64,000 nt of DNA from an uncultured cyanobacterium (GCA_963740315.1 CAVUDP010000001.1:64001-128000), one strand, 5' to 3'. Counted from the stretch's first letter, positions 41,540 to 53,176 are shown. A program made the numbers and translations. Notes: generated by a model from the letters alone, not told the origin.

Positions 41540-41667
41540 GCGATTTATCGACAAATTTATACAATGCCGAAATCTGTTAATTAGTTCAAATTTTCGGCAT
41601 TGCGATCGCTATTTACGTACAAGAAAGTTATTGCTCAAACCAGGATATCTAAACAGGAGTTAAATTT

Positions 41668-42978
41668 ATGATTATTATAGACAACGCTTTAAAAAAACGT
41701 GCCGAAGCCGGAAACCCAGTAAAAGTAGCAATGATTGGTGCGGGTTTTATGGGTAGAGGAATTGCCAATCAAATTGCTAATTCCGTTCCTGGAATGGAGT
41801 TGGTAGCGATTTCCAATCGTAATGTAGATGCTGCGAAAAGAGCTTATACGGAAGCGGGAATCGAAAACATTAAAGAAATTTCCAATGTAACTGATTTGGA
41901 AGATGCCGTTAAAAAAGGTGAATACGCAGTAACTGACGATGCGATGTTGCTGTGTCGTGCCGAAGGTATTGAAGCAATTATCGAAGTCACCGGGGCGATT
42001 GAATTTGGCGCTCATGTTGTGATGGAAGCGATCGCACATCGCAAGCATATCATTATGATGAATGCCGAACTAGACGGTACTATTGGCTCTATTTTGAAAG
42101 TTTATGCCGATAAAGCTGGAGTTATCCTTTCAGCTTGCGATGGCGACCAACCGGGGGTAGAAATGAACCTCTATCGGTTTGTCAAGAGTATTGGTTTAAC
42201 CCCATTATTATGCGGAAACATCAAAGGATTGCAAGACCCCTATCGCAATCCGACTACCCAAGAAGCATTTGCCAAACGTTGGGGACAAAAACCTCACATG
42301 GTAACTAGCTTCGCCGATGGTAGTAAAATTTCCTTCGAGCAGGCGATCGTTGCTAACGCCACGGGAATGAAAGTTGCTCAACGAGGAATGCTGGGATACG
42401 ACTTCAAAGGTCATGTTGATGAAATGACTTCGATGTATGATGTAGAACAACTTAAGCAACTCGGTGGTATTGTTGATTACGTTGTAGGTGCTAAGCCCGG
42501 TCCGGGAGTATTCGTTTTTGCTACTCACGACGACCCCAAACAGCAACACTATTTGAACCTATATAAATTAGGCGAAGGTCCTCTTTACAGCTTTTATACC
42601 CCTTATCATCTGTGTCACTTTGAAGTACCTCTCTCAGTAGCTCGTGCCGTACTATTCGGCGATGCTGTAATGAGTCCTTTAGGAGGTCCCCTTGTAGATG
42701 TGGTAGCCACCGCTAAAATTAATCTTAAAGCTGGGGATACTATTGATGGAATTGGCTACTATATGACCTACGGAGAATGTGAAAACTCCGAAATTGTGCG
42801 CGAACAAAACCTCTTACCAATGGGATTAGCTGAAGGATGCCGTTTAAAACGAGACATTCCCAAAGATCGAGTTCTCACTTACGATGACGTAGAATTACCA
42901 CAAGGTAGACTTTGCGACAAATTGCGAAAAGAACAAAACGCTTTCTTTGCTCCATCTAAAACCTTGGCAATAGCTTGA
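41668..42978 (+). CDS. NAD(P)-dependent oxidoreductase with C-terminal SAF domain
   Basis: IGAGFMG, DGDQPG, SFADGSK, PYHLCHFE, LPMGLAEG. Confidence 0.85.
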   Translation: MIIIDNALKKRAEAGNPVKVAMIGAGFMGRGIANQIANSVPGMELVAISNRNVDAAKRAYTEAGIENIKEISNVTDLEDAVKKGEYAVTDDAMLLCRAEGIEAIIEVTGAIEFGAHVVMEAIAHRKHIIMMNAELDGTIGSILKVYADKAGVILSACDGDQPGVEMNLYRFVKSIGLTPLLCGNIKGLQDPYRNPTTQEAFAKRWGQKPHMVTSFADGSKISFEQAIVANATGMKVAQRGMLGYDFKGHVDEMTSMYDVEQLKQLGGIVDYVVGAKPGPGVFVFATHDDPKQQHYLNLYKLGEGPLYSFYTPYHLCHFEVPLSVARAVLFGDAVMSPLGGPLVDVVATAKINLKAGDTIDGIGYYMTYGECENSEIVREQNLLPMGLAEGCRLKRDIPKDRVLTYDDVELPQGRLCDKLRKEQNAFFAPSKTLAIA

Positions 42979-43156
42979 TCGAATAATCTTTTTTATAACT
43001 CAGTTATATCGGTTGACCTAAGTAGCGTAGAACAAATAAGTTGTGTAGTGAAGAGTGTTCCTCAACTGAAGTATATTGAGAAATTCTTCATTGCACAACA
43101 TTCAACTTCTTTTATTTAGTTAAAACTTTATCTAGCTTTGCCAGAAGCATTTATTT

Positions 43157-44365
43157 ATGCAAACCAATTTAGTTAAGCGCGTCGCAGACAATGTTTCTGT
43201 AGTCGCAGGTAGAGTAAAAGGTCGTCTCGAAAGACGGCGCATGGTTTCACTGCAACCAAATAAACCAGCCATTGGAAACGTACTTCTTTCCTACGTTGTG
43301 AATCCATTTACTTTGAAACCGGGCGAGGCGGTCCCAACTTACCATACCCAGCATTGGGAATGCTTGCAAATGGCTAAAACTTTTTTAGACTTCGGCTATA
43401 ACGTCGATGTTATATGGTTTTATAACGATGTATTTATTCCGAAAAAAGATTATGATTTTTTCGTGGAGACACGTTGGAATTTGCAACGATGCGTACCATT
43501 TTTAAATAAGGATTGTGTAAAAATATTTCATTCCGATACAGCGCATATTTTATTTCATAATGCAGCTGAAGCAAACAGATTACTAGAATTGCAGCAAAGA
43601 CGGGGCATTACTTTAAGTCCTAAAAGATTCGAGCCACCAAACTTAGCCATGGAATACGCCGATTGCGCTACAGTTCTTGGTAACGAGTTTACGATGAATA
43701 CATTTAAGTACGCGAATAAGCCACTGTATCGAGTTCCTATTTCTGCTCCAACACTTTATCCTTTTCCTAAAGATAAAGATTTTGCAGGTTGCCGTAAAAA
43801 CTTCCTTTGGTTTGGTAGCGCTGGTTTCGTTCATAAGGGATTAGATTTACTTTTAGATGCCTTTTCCCAAATGCCAGATTATCATTTAACTATTTGCGGA
43901 CCAATTAATAAAGAAAAAGACTTTGAAACAGCTTTTTATAAAGAACTTTATCAAACTCCTAACATTCATACAGTTGGTTGGGTTGATGTTACCTCTCAAA
44001 AGTTTTTAGATATCGTTAACAGTTGTTTGGCTATTGTCTATCCTTCTTGTTCCGAAGGTGGCGGTGGATGCGTTATCAACTGTATGCATACAGGTCTAAT
44101 TCCGATTGTGAGTTATGAATCTAGTGTAGATGTCAGCGATAATTATGGCGTTATTTTGAAAGAAAATTCTGTCGAAGAAATCAAGCAAACTATTCAGAAT
44201 ATTTCAGAATTAAATACATCGCAACTCGAACAAATGGCTAAGAACTCTTGGAACTTTGTTAGAGAAAACCATACTAGAGAAAACTTTACCAAAGTCTACA
44301 AGGAAACAATTGAAAAAATTATCGTGCAATACAGTAAAAATCAAAAGTTATTAACCTATGTCTAA
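43157..44365 (+). CDS. Glycosyltransferase (GT4 / group 1)
   Basis: HKGLDLLLDAF, YPSCSEG. Confidence 0.8.
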   Translation: MQTNLVKRVADNVSVVAGRVKGRLERRRMVSLQPNKPAIGNVLLSYVVNPFTLKPGEAVPTYHTQHWECLQMAKTFLDFGYNVDVIWFYNDVFIPKKDYDFFVETRWNLQRCVPFLNKDCVKIFHSDTAHILFHNAAEANRLLELQQRRGITLSPKRFEPPNLAMEYADCATVLGNEFTMNTFKYANKPLYRVPISAPTLYPFPKDKDFAGCRKNFLWFGSAGFVHKGLDLLLDAFSQMPDYHLTICGPINKEKDFETAFYKELYQTPNIHTVGWVDVTSQKFLDIVNSCLAIVYPSCSEGGGGCVINCMHTGLIPIVSYESSVDVSDNYGVILKENSVEEIKQTIQNISELNTSQLEQMAKNSWNFVRENHTRENFTKVYKETIEKIIVQYSKNQKLLTYV

Positions 44366-45119
44366 CTCTTTAAATCAATTACGAATTAATTTCGGAGCCG
44401 CCGTCAGAGATACAAACTACAACGTACTCTACAATTGGCTTTTACGTTTTAAAAGCAAACCAATAGAGGCAAATAAAAAACGAGCAATAGTCTTTTCTCC
44501 CCACCAAGATGACGAAACTATAGGCTGCGGAGGGATGATTGCTCTCAAACGTTCTCAAGGAATACCAGTAAAAGTTGTATTTCTCACAGATGGACGTTTC
44601 GGCAGCAAACCAGATTGGGTTAAACCGGAAAACGTTATCCAATATCGCCAAGAAGAAGCGAATAATGCTCTAAATACTTTGGGAATCGAAACATCACACA
44701 GGCAATTCCTTGGCGAAACTGATGGTTCGTTAGCTCAATTATCCCCAGAAAAGCGAAACTTACTAATTGCTCAATTAATTGAAATTATCCAATCCTTTGA
44801 ACCCCAAGAAGTTTACGTTCCACACCATCACGATGGACATCCAGATCATGAAGCAACTTACTCTTTAGTTCGGAGTGCCATTGAAACCTTACAAATGGAC
44901 ATAGAACTTTTGCAGTATCCGATTTGGATGCTGTGGCGAAGTCCCCTGTCTAAAAATGAATATTTGCAGAAAAATACTAATGCTTACCGATTATTTCTGG
45001 GTGATTTTAAAGAGAAAAAGCAGCAAGCAATTGCCAGCTATAAATCACAAACCCCGAATTTGCCTACCAGCTTTAAGCAAGCAATATTTTCACCTTACGA
45101 AATGTTTTTCAAAGATTAG
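44358..45119 (+). CDS. PIG-L family deacetylase
   Basis: SPHQDDE..GCGG and DGHPDH motifs. Confidence 0.88.
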   Translation: MSNSLNQLRINFGAAVRDTNYNVLYNWLLRFKSKPIEANKKRAIVFSPHQDDETIGCGGMIALKRSQGIPVKVVFLTDGRFGSKPDWVKPENVIQYRQEEANNALNTLGIETSHRQFLGETDGSLAQLSPEKRNLLIAQLIEIIQSFEPQEVYVPHHHDGHPDHEATYSLVRSAIETLQMDIELLQYPIWMLWRSPLSKNEYLQKNTNAYRLFLGDFKEKKQQAIASYKSQTPNLPTSFKQAIFSPYEMFFKD

Positions 45120-45252
45120 ATATATGTAGAAAAAATTAAATTTAAATAATTTGTTCAACGAAAAATAATATTGTAAACCATCGATGTATTATTAATGAAA
45201 TTAACACTTAAAATATTGTCTACAGTCGAACTGTAATTTCATAGGAAAAACA

Positions 45253-46362
45253 ATGAAAATTGCTTTAGTTCATGATTATTTAACCCAACGAGGTGGTGCG
45301 GAACGAGTATTTGAATTACTTTGTAAACGCTTTCCGAACGCGGATATTTTTACATCATTGTATGATGCTCAAAAAACGATTGACTTAGGCGAGCGAATAG
45401 TTAACACCACTTATTTACAGCAGATCCCCGGTGCCGCCAAATACTTTCGGTTGATGGCTCCCTTTTATTTTCCTGCCTTTCGCGCTTTAGACTTACAAGA
45501 ATATGATTTAATTATTAGTAGCAGCACTAGTTTCGCCAAGGCAGTCCGAAAAAGCCCAAAGGCACGACACGTTTGTTTTTGTCATAATGTCACCCGTTTT
45601 CTGTGGGATACGGAAACTTACTTGAGAGAATATGCTGACTATCAGTATTTTGCCCCGTTAATTGAAAAAGTTTTTCAGTTGATGAGAAATGTAGACCTGA
45701 GTTATGCACAAGAACCAGACCTTTATATTGCCAATTCTAGTGTTGTTGCGCGGCGTATCAAAAGCATCTATGGCAAAAAAGCAATAGTTATTAACTATCC
45801 AATTGATACCAGTAAGTTTGTTTATTCAGATTCTAAAGATGACTATTTTCTTGCATCCGCAAGAATGATCGGTTACAAACGACTTGATATAATAGTAGAG
45901 GCTTTTAACTGGCTGGGATGGCATCTAAAAATATCAGGTGACGGTCCGGAGAAAGAACGCTTACAATCGAAAGCATTAAAGAATATCGAATTTGTAGGTC
46001 ACGTATCCGATTTAGAACGTACCCAGTTATTTGCTAAAGCAAAATCTGTTATAGTTGCAGCCTTAGAAGACTATGGATTGGTTCCGGTAGAAGCAAACGC
46101 TAGTGGAACTCCAGTAGTTGCCTTCGGAGCCGGAGGAGTTTTAGATACTCAAATACCTGGTAAAACAGGAGTATTTTTCAAGAGGCAAACGCCCGACTCC
46201 CTCTCTACTGCATTATTGGAAGCCAGGGAAATCTATTGGAATTACGAAAACATCCGCAATCACGCTGTAGCGAATTTTTCAGAAGAAGCATTTTTTAGTA
46301 AGGTCGAGAAAGTCATCGACCAAACTAATAGTTTACAGCAATCGCAGTCCCTGATTTGTTAG
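45253..46362 (+). CDS. Glycosyltransferase (GT4)
   Basis: IALVHDYLTQRGGAERV, EDYGLVPVEANASGTPV. Confidence 0.9.
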   Translation: MKIALVHDYLTQRGGAERVFELLCKRFPNADIFTSLYDAQKTIDLGERIVNTTYLQQIPGAAKYFRLMAPFYFPAFRALDLQEYDLIISSSTSFAKAVRKSPKARHVCFCHNVTRFLWDTETYLREYADYQYFAPLIEKVFQLMRNVDLSYAQEPDLYIANSSVVARRIKSIYGKKAIVINYPIDTSKFVYSDSKDDYFLASARMIGYKRLDIIVEAFNWLGWHLKISGDGPEKERLQSKALKNIEFVGHVSDLERTQLFAKAKSVIVAALEDYGLVPVEANASGTPVVAFGAGGVLDTQIPGKTGVFFKRQTPDSLSTALLEAREIYWNYENIRNHAVANFSEEAFFSKVEKVIDQTNSLQQSQSLIC

Positions 46363-46378
46363 CCGAGGAAATAAAAAA

Positions 46379-48613
46379 GTGATGCAAACCAGTCTAAGTC
46401 CCCATGTAAATCCAGCTGCTGATTCAGAACCGGGTTACGGGCAGCTGTTTGCGGTATTAATCCGGCGATTTCCTTGGTTCTTGATAGTATTTATGGCTTC
46501 ATTAGGTGCGGGTTATTTTGTATACAGAAGGACTCCGCCTACTTACAAAAGTTCGATGGAACTGTTAGTAGAGCAAAACTATCAAGGAAAAGCAGAAGGA
46601 GCTGGGCTAGAGAAAAATGAGTTTACCGACTCTAATGTGAAGATAGATACCGCTACTCAATTAAATTTGATGGCTAGTTCTTCACTTATCAAACAAGCAG
46701 TTGAAAAACTAAAGCCCGAATACCCGCAAATTAGCGTAAAAGAGATAAAAAGTTCTTTGGCTTTAAAGCAATTAAGGTCAAAAGAGGATGACGTTGCGAC
46801 TAAAATTTTTCAAGTTGAGTATACAGGTTTTGACCCGCTAAAAACTCAAAGAATATTAGAATCCATACGGTCCGTTTATCTTGACTACAACGAAGAACAA
46901 CAGAAAAAGCGTTTAAGAAGTGGTTTGAGAGTTATTAGGGAACAGAAGAAAAAGGTAACAGATGATTTAAACCAAGCCGAAGCACAGTTATTAAGGTTTC
47001 GTAACTCTCAAAGTTTAACAGACCCCCAAACACAAGCTCAAGCTTATGAAAATGCTTTAAATAACACTCAACAAGAACGACGTACAACTCACAATGAATA
47101 TAAAGAAGCTCAAGCACGCCTAAGATCGTTACAACAACAATTAAAACGCACTCCCCAAAAAGCACTTGTCTCTTCTCGGTTGAGTCAGTCCACTCGCTAC
47201 CAGTCCCTACTTAACGAGATTCAAACAACCGAACTGGCGATCGCGCAAGCAAATTTGCGTTTTACAGCCGAACATCCCGAAGTGTTAAAGCTTAAAGAAC
47301 AGCTTACAGAACAAAAGCAGCTACTACAACAAGAAGTAGGGCGAGCTTTGGGAGGAAGTAACGTAGATACAAGTAGTATAGATTCTAGTGACTTACTCAA
47401 TCAAGGGCAGCTTTCTCAGACAGACCTTAATCTTGCTAGCAGCTTAGTAGAGACGCAAACCAACCTCCTTGCTTTAGCCGCACGCGACCAAAGTTTGGCA
47501 GAAAAAGAAGAGCAACTAAGTAAAGAACTGAAAAAATTTCCGCTTTTGCTAGCTCAGTATAATCGCTTACAACCTCAAGTAGACCGCAGTCGAAAACGCT
47601 TGCAGGAACTATTGACAGCAGAGCAAGAAGTAGAACAAGAACTGGACAAAGGCGGATTTAACTGGGAAGTAGTAGAAGAACCCCAACCAGGAAATTACTT
47701 AGGTCCAAACCTGCAACAGAACTTGTTGTTAGGTGGAGTAGTTGGTTTAATGTTAGGGGGTATTGCGGCTTTTGCTAGGGAAGCAGCAGATGATGCAGTT
47801 CGTACTACCGCTGAATTAGAGAAGCAATTTGCCATACCGCTTTTAGGAACAACTCCTAAATTACCTGCCGCCAAAACTAAAGAATCGGTATTTAAACTAC
47901 CTTTTGGTAAGCCAGAAGTTCTTGCTCCTTGGACAATTCAGGTATTACAATCGCCACCGCGTTGGGAATCCCTCGACCTAATTTATAAAAATATAGAATT
48001 GCTAAATTCTGTTTCTGCCTTCAAATCATTAATGATAACTTCGGCGTTACCCGATGAAGGTAAATCAGCTTTGGCTTTGGGTTTGGCGATGAGTGCTGCT
48101 CGTTTACATAAAAAGGTATTATTAATTGATGCCAATTTACGGGACCCTAGCGTACACACACATTTAAATCTTCCTAACGAACAAGGACTTACTACCTTAT
48201 TAACAAGCGATGTAGCTTTGCCCAATCAAATAACGCTTCAATCTTCAGGTTCATCTTACATAGATATTTTAACCGCAGGACCAGTTCCAGAAGACCCTGC
48301 GAATCTACTAAGTTCTCCTCGTATGGAAGAATTAATGGGTGCATTTGAAGAAAACTACGATCTAGTCATTTTGGATGCTTCTTCAGTCCTCGGATTGGTA
48401 GATGCTTTAATTACCGCATCAACTTGTCGTGGCGTAATTATGGTAGCAAGTATTGGTAGGGTAACTCGCACCCAAATTGCACAAGCTACAGGTATGCTCG
48501 GTAAATTAAATTTACTTGGGGTTGTTGCAAATGGAGTATCAAACACTAACTATAGTTATGTCCCCAATGTCAAGCAACAGCAACTGGCATTGAGAGGAGC
48601 CGTGGAAGAATAG
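46379..48613 (+). CDS. Wzc/GumC-like polysaccharide co-polymerase / tyrosine autokinase
   Basis: Two TM helices flanking a coiled coil; TSALPDEGKS Walker A, LLIDANLRDP. Confidence 0.9.
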   Translation: MMQTSLSPHVNPAADSEPGYGQLFAVLIRRFPWFLIVFMASLGAGYFVYRRTPPTYKSSMELLVEQNYQGKAEGAGLEKNEFTDSNVKIDTATQLNLMASSSLIKQAVEKLKPEYPQISVKEIKSSLALKQLRSKEDDVATKIFQVEYTGFDPLKTQRILESIRSVYLDYNEEQQKKRLRSGLRVIREQKKKVTDDLNQAEAQLLRFRNSQSLTDPQTQAQAYENALNNTQQERRTTHNEYKEAQARLRSLQQQLKRTPQKALVSSRLSQSTRYQSLLNEIQTTELAIAQANLRFTAEHPEVLKLKEQLTEQKQLLQQEVGRALGGSNVDTSSIDSSDLLNQGQLSQTDLNLASSLVETQTNLLALAARDQSLAEKEEQLSKELKKFPLLLAQYNRLQPQVDRSRKRLQELLTAEQEVEQELDKGGFNWEVVEEPQPGNYLGPNLQQNLLLGGVVGLMLGGIAAFAREAADDAVRTTAELEKQFAIPLLGTTPKLPAAKTKESVFKLPFGKPEVLAPWTIQVLQSPPRWESLDLIYKNIELLNSVSAFKSLMITSALPDEGKSALALGLAMSAARLHKKVLLIDANLRDPSVHTHLNLPNEQGLTTLLTSDVALPNQITLQSSGSSYIDILTAGPVPEDPANLLSSPRMEELMGAFEENYDLVILDASSVLGLVDALITASTCRGVIMVASIGRVTRTQIAQATGMLGKLNLLGVVANGVSNTNYSYVPNVKQQQLALRGAVEE

Positions 48614-49530
48614 ATATTTATCAATGCTCTCGATAGCTTTGGAACAGGGTGAACAAATAATTTAATCATAAAAAATTTTAATGAGGCAGCGTTTTTATAA
48701 GAGCGTATGCCTTTTATTTATGAAGAAGGACAGTTATTGAAGAACCCCTTACCTAAAGGATTTAATCCGAGTTTTAAGGCACCCTAGAGGGCGTATCGTA
48801 CAGTTCAAAACTTGATTTGTGAAGTATTTGTAAACAAGAAGGATTTTTGAAGCTCACACTTAATTACGTTGCGTATCTCATATTAAACACTTATCAAGCT
48901 TTAGATAATGCCGGGTGGTAATAATACGGTTTAACTAATTAACTATTAAATATTTAAACAGACACGTTTTTACTTGCATTTTTATAAAATTTGCATGATA
49001 TTTAACGGCATATATATGAACTTTACGTGAATACCCGCTTATATTTAGTTTTTTTAGGTAAAAGCGCTGATAAATATAAAAGCGGATTAAAACCTTAAAT
49101 AAAAATTATGTTACAATCACTTAAAATTTTACCAGAATATACTTATTAAGTGTTATGCAAATAGAATTCATAATACCTTAATAATAAGTAGAAGAAAGCA
49201 GTTAATATTTGAAGAGTAAATAAAGAATCTATTTTATATAACGTTATTCGCATCGTTTCCTATATCCTATTTATTGAATACCGTTGTAAAAAGAAAAGGC
49301 AAAAGTGAAGTTTTGTAGATTTACCTGTAATCTCACACAATTTTCAACATACATCTTTAAAGATATTATGAGCGGTATGTAATTCTCGCAACGGGTCTTT
49401 TTTCTATTCATTATTAGAAGCGGGTTATTTCCTTTGATTGGGAGTGAAGGCAATGATTACGGATACTATAGGTATTTTCCCACGTTGTATATAAGACAAT
49501 CTGTCTACCACTCTATTAATTAAAATTGAT

Positions 49531-50331
49531 ATGACAATCTCAATAGTTCCAACTTTAGACAATAGCCTTACTGTATCTGAATCTAATAGTTCAACTTACT
49601 GCACCCTTCAATGGCGACGCAATCAACTATTAGTTAAAACGAACGGTACGATTAAGCAGCCTTGTATGCCTTTATTAGATACCCACGAATCTTTAAAGGA
49701 ATGCCTAAAACATTCTTCCGTTGAGTTAGTTCGTATAGATCCCAATTTAGGCGAAGAAAAAGTAAAGCTTTGGGCAAATGCTTGTATGTCCGTTTCTATG
49801 CCAATATATTTACGGATAAGTGCCGCTCAAAAACAGCCAAAGCCAACTACCTTGTTATGGTGGTTGAAGCGTTTAAGTGAGTGGGCGATCGCCCTGGTGG
49901 TTCTACTAGTGGTAAGTCCACTAATGTTAATGTTGACTGTATTAATGAGAATTGATGCCCAAGCACCATTGTTTGAACATTCCTGGTACGTTGGTGAAAG
50001 AGGTAAATTATTTAAATTAATCAAGTATCGTACCTTCTCTGTAAATCAACAAAACGATCGCCGAAGTCTAAATACAGAAAAAGCATCATCCAAGACTACA
50101 CAACTTGCTCGCTGGATGCGTAAATACGGTTTGGATAACTTACCGCAGTTGTTGAATGTAATCCGAGGTGAAATGGGCTTATTTGGTTCCCGTTGCTGGA
50201 CTTTGGAAGATGCGGTTAAGCTAACTCCGGAAAACCAAAAACAATTGAATAATCTACCCGGAATTATGAGTTCGTGGGAAGTAGAGGCAGAAGAATCGAA
50301 TATATTACATTTGGATAGCCAAACATCGTAG
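49531..50331 (+). CDS. hepC: Heterocyst development glycosyltransferase HepC
   Basis: YCTLQWRRNQLLVK N-terminal domain plus a degenerate sugar-transferase domain (RKYGLDNLPQLLNVIRGEM); directly upstream of hepA. Confidence 0.85.
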   Translation: MTISIVPTLDNSLTVSESNSSTYCTLQWRRNQLLVKTNGTIKQPCMPLLDTHESLKECLKHSSVELVRIDPNLGEEKVKLWANACMSVSMPIYLRISAAQKQPKPTTLLWWLKRLSEWAIALVVLLVVSPLMLMLTVLMRIDAQAPLFEHSWYVGERGKLFKLIKYRTFSVNQQNDRRSLNTEKASSKTTQLARWMRKYGLDNLPQLLNVIRGEMGLFGSRCWTLEDAVKLTPENQKQLNNLPGIMSSWEVEAEESNILHLDSQTS

Positions 50332-50563
50332 TGAACGTGCTGCCTATCAAATTAATATTATTCATGGTTAACCTTCCTTGTGCGTAAAAAAAACGATAAT
50401 TGCCAGCACTTATAAAAACTGTATTTGACCTTTAGTGTTGGCATTGTACCTGGAAGCAAATAATCCAAAAACCTTTACACTGTTTTAAGTAAAAAATAAT
50501 TGCAATATGAACCAATAATCAATACTTTATTCACCCGAACTCTACCACTTTTAAAAAATATAT

Positions 50564-52403
50564 ATGCGTTCTAAAATATACGAAGCATTGGGGACTATAC
50601 TTAAAACCACCAACTTCTGGCAGGATAACTATTTAGTACTGCGAGAATTTAAACATTTTCGTAAGGTTACTATTTTAGCTTTGGTTTTTTCGATCCTAGC
50701 AGCAACGTTTGAAGGTTTTAGTATTGGCTTCCTGCTAACTTTCTTACAAAGTTTGACAGGTGGAGCCGATGCAGAACCGATTCAAACTGGTATCGCTTGG
50801 TTTGATATTTGGATATTAGGAGTCAAGACTTCTGCCACAAGTCGGTTATATAGAATATCAATATTAATTTTATTAAGTACTTGGCTGCGTTCCGCATTCG
50901 ATTACTTTAGTTCAATCTACACGGAATCGGCACAGCTGCATCTTGCAGACCGTTTACGTAAACGGATGTTTGAACATTTACAAGCATTACCGCTAAGTTA
51001 CTTTGTTAAAACTCGTTCTGGCGAACTGATAAATACAATAACCACCGAAATCGAAAGATTGAAGCAGGGCTTCGGTGGTGTTGCTTTCCTGATCACTAGA
51101 GGAATGGCAGTTGCTGTTTATTTTATCTCGATGTTTTTGATCTCATGGGAGCTTTCGATTGTTTCAGTGTTGCTGTTTGCGCTTTTAGGAGTGGGACTTT
51201 CAACGCTTAATGCTCGCGTTCGAGAATCGAGCTTCGGGATTTCTAATGCTAACGGTCTTTCATTCAACAGCCACGGAGTTTATTAACGGTATCCGCACGG
51301 TTCACGCATCGGGTACCCAAGAATTTGAACGTCAGCGTTTTTATAGCGTTAGCAGTCAATTACTTGATGCTTCCATAAAAGTTGTCAGGGCTTGGACTCT
51401 GGTAAAACCAATCGCTTCGGCTATTGCAACTACTACTATTATCGGTTTAATTATTCTTTCGTTTGCAGTATTTACCTTACCAGTTGAGTCTTTACTAACA
51501 TTTTTCTTTGTTATGACTCGTCTTGTTCCTAGCATTCAGGATATCAATGGAACAGTCGCATTCATGAGTACCTTGAACGGTTCTTTAGATAATGTTAAAA
51601 AACTGTTACAAAGCGAAGATCGAGCTTACTTCCAGAACGGTTCTATTGAGTTTACACGGTTAAACCGTTCTATTGACATAGTATCTGCTGATTTTGGCTA
51701 CGAACCTAGCAATCTTGTGTTGCACGGTATTACTCTTACCATTGAAAAGGGAAAGACAACTGCTTTGGTAGGAGCATCTGGTGCAGGAAAAACAACCCTT
51801 GCAGACTTGATCCCTCGATTTTACGACCCAACCGAAGGTCATATTTATATTGATGGAGTAGATTTAAGGGATTTTGACATCTACTCCCTGCGGAAAAATA
51901 TGGCAGTTGTCAGTCAAGATACATTTATCTTCAATACTTCAGTTTGGAATAACATTGCTTACGGTACAGAGAATGCTACCGAAGCAGAAATCAAAGAGGC
52001 TGCTCGTCTTGCTAATGCACTGGAATTTATCGAAGATATGCCTCAAGGTTTTGACACCCAACTTGGCGATCGCGGAGTTAGGTTGTCTGGAGGGCAAAGA
52101 CAGCGGATAGCTATAGCACGTGCATTACTTCGCGATCCCCAAATTTTGATTTTGGATGAAGCCACCAGCGCTTTAGATTCTGTATCGGAACGCTTGATTC
52201 AGGAATCTCTAGAAAAACTTTCTGTAGGTAGAACGGTTATTGCAATTGCTCATAGACTCTCTACAATTGCTTCTTCAGATAAGGTGGTTGTGCTGGAGGG
52301 AGGATATATTCTTGAGCAAGGAAAATATCAAGACTTGCTGCTACAACGTGGTAAATTGTGGAAATATCATCAAATACAGAATGAAGTTGGTCAAAAAAGT
52401 TAA
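50564..52403 (+). pseudogene. hepA: Heterocyst polysaccharide ABC exporter HepA, split by a frameshift at about 51257 (real lesion or sequence error)
   Basis: TM domain ORF 50564..51286 and ATPase ORF 51210..52403 (GASGAGKT, LSGGQRQR, LDEATS) join at AAC GGT C TTT CAT; 1840 nt = 3n+1. Confidence 0.8.
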
Positions 52404-52494
52404 ATAGTTAAATAGTTAAATAGTTAAATAGTTAAATACTGTTTCTTAACTTATAGAAATTACGATTATTTTAATTTAGTAGAAAATTTTATTT

Positions 52495-52527
52495 TTGGGC
52501 TTGTCAGCGGCAAGCCTAATTTTTTTT
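52495..52527 (+). terminator. Rho-independent terminator after hepA
   Basis: TTGGGCTTG...CAAGCCTAA followed by a T run. Confidence 0.6.
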
Positions 52528-53176
52528 ATGCAAAAAAAATAGAAATACGATCCGATTTCTCAGAGAGAAAATCAAATCAATTGTAACGATAAATAACGAT
52601 GAATATAGAAACGGCTAGAGAAAAATTTTTATTACACAAAACTGTATTGCCGTGGAGCTAATTAACTGATATATAGAATAGCAATATAGATGGTCTTGAC
52701 TCCCTCATTAATAGCTTTGTTCAGATGAGATTTAATTTAATTTTAAGTTATCTATAGCTTGTAAAAAAGAATATGATTTCATTTAATAGCAGCTTTATTT
52801 GCGATCGCAATTCTTAACAAGCTGTAATTCAAGTGGTTTCTTGTAATTACCGAACCTTTATTTAAAGTTTTCATAAAGAAGATTATCTATCTTGTTTTAA
52901 TTCCAAAAAATCACCTAAAATCTCTCGCCTAACATACATATATTCTGATATAACCTATTGAAAAGATACACACAGCAATTATTCGCAAATAACTTGCTTG
53001 CGTGAAAATAATAGTATCAGATAAAACTCAATATACGTACAGATTACTTTGAACAACTAAAAATTATATTTTTTAACCTTAAAAGATCGCAGTGCATGAA
53101 TTCAAAGCAGCAATAATTATGTATTAAGTAAATAATCTTACTGGCTGTAATTTAAAAAATCCTTGAAAAATAAGCT

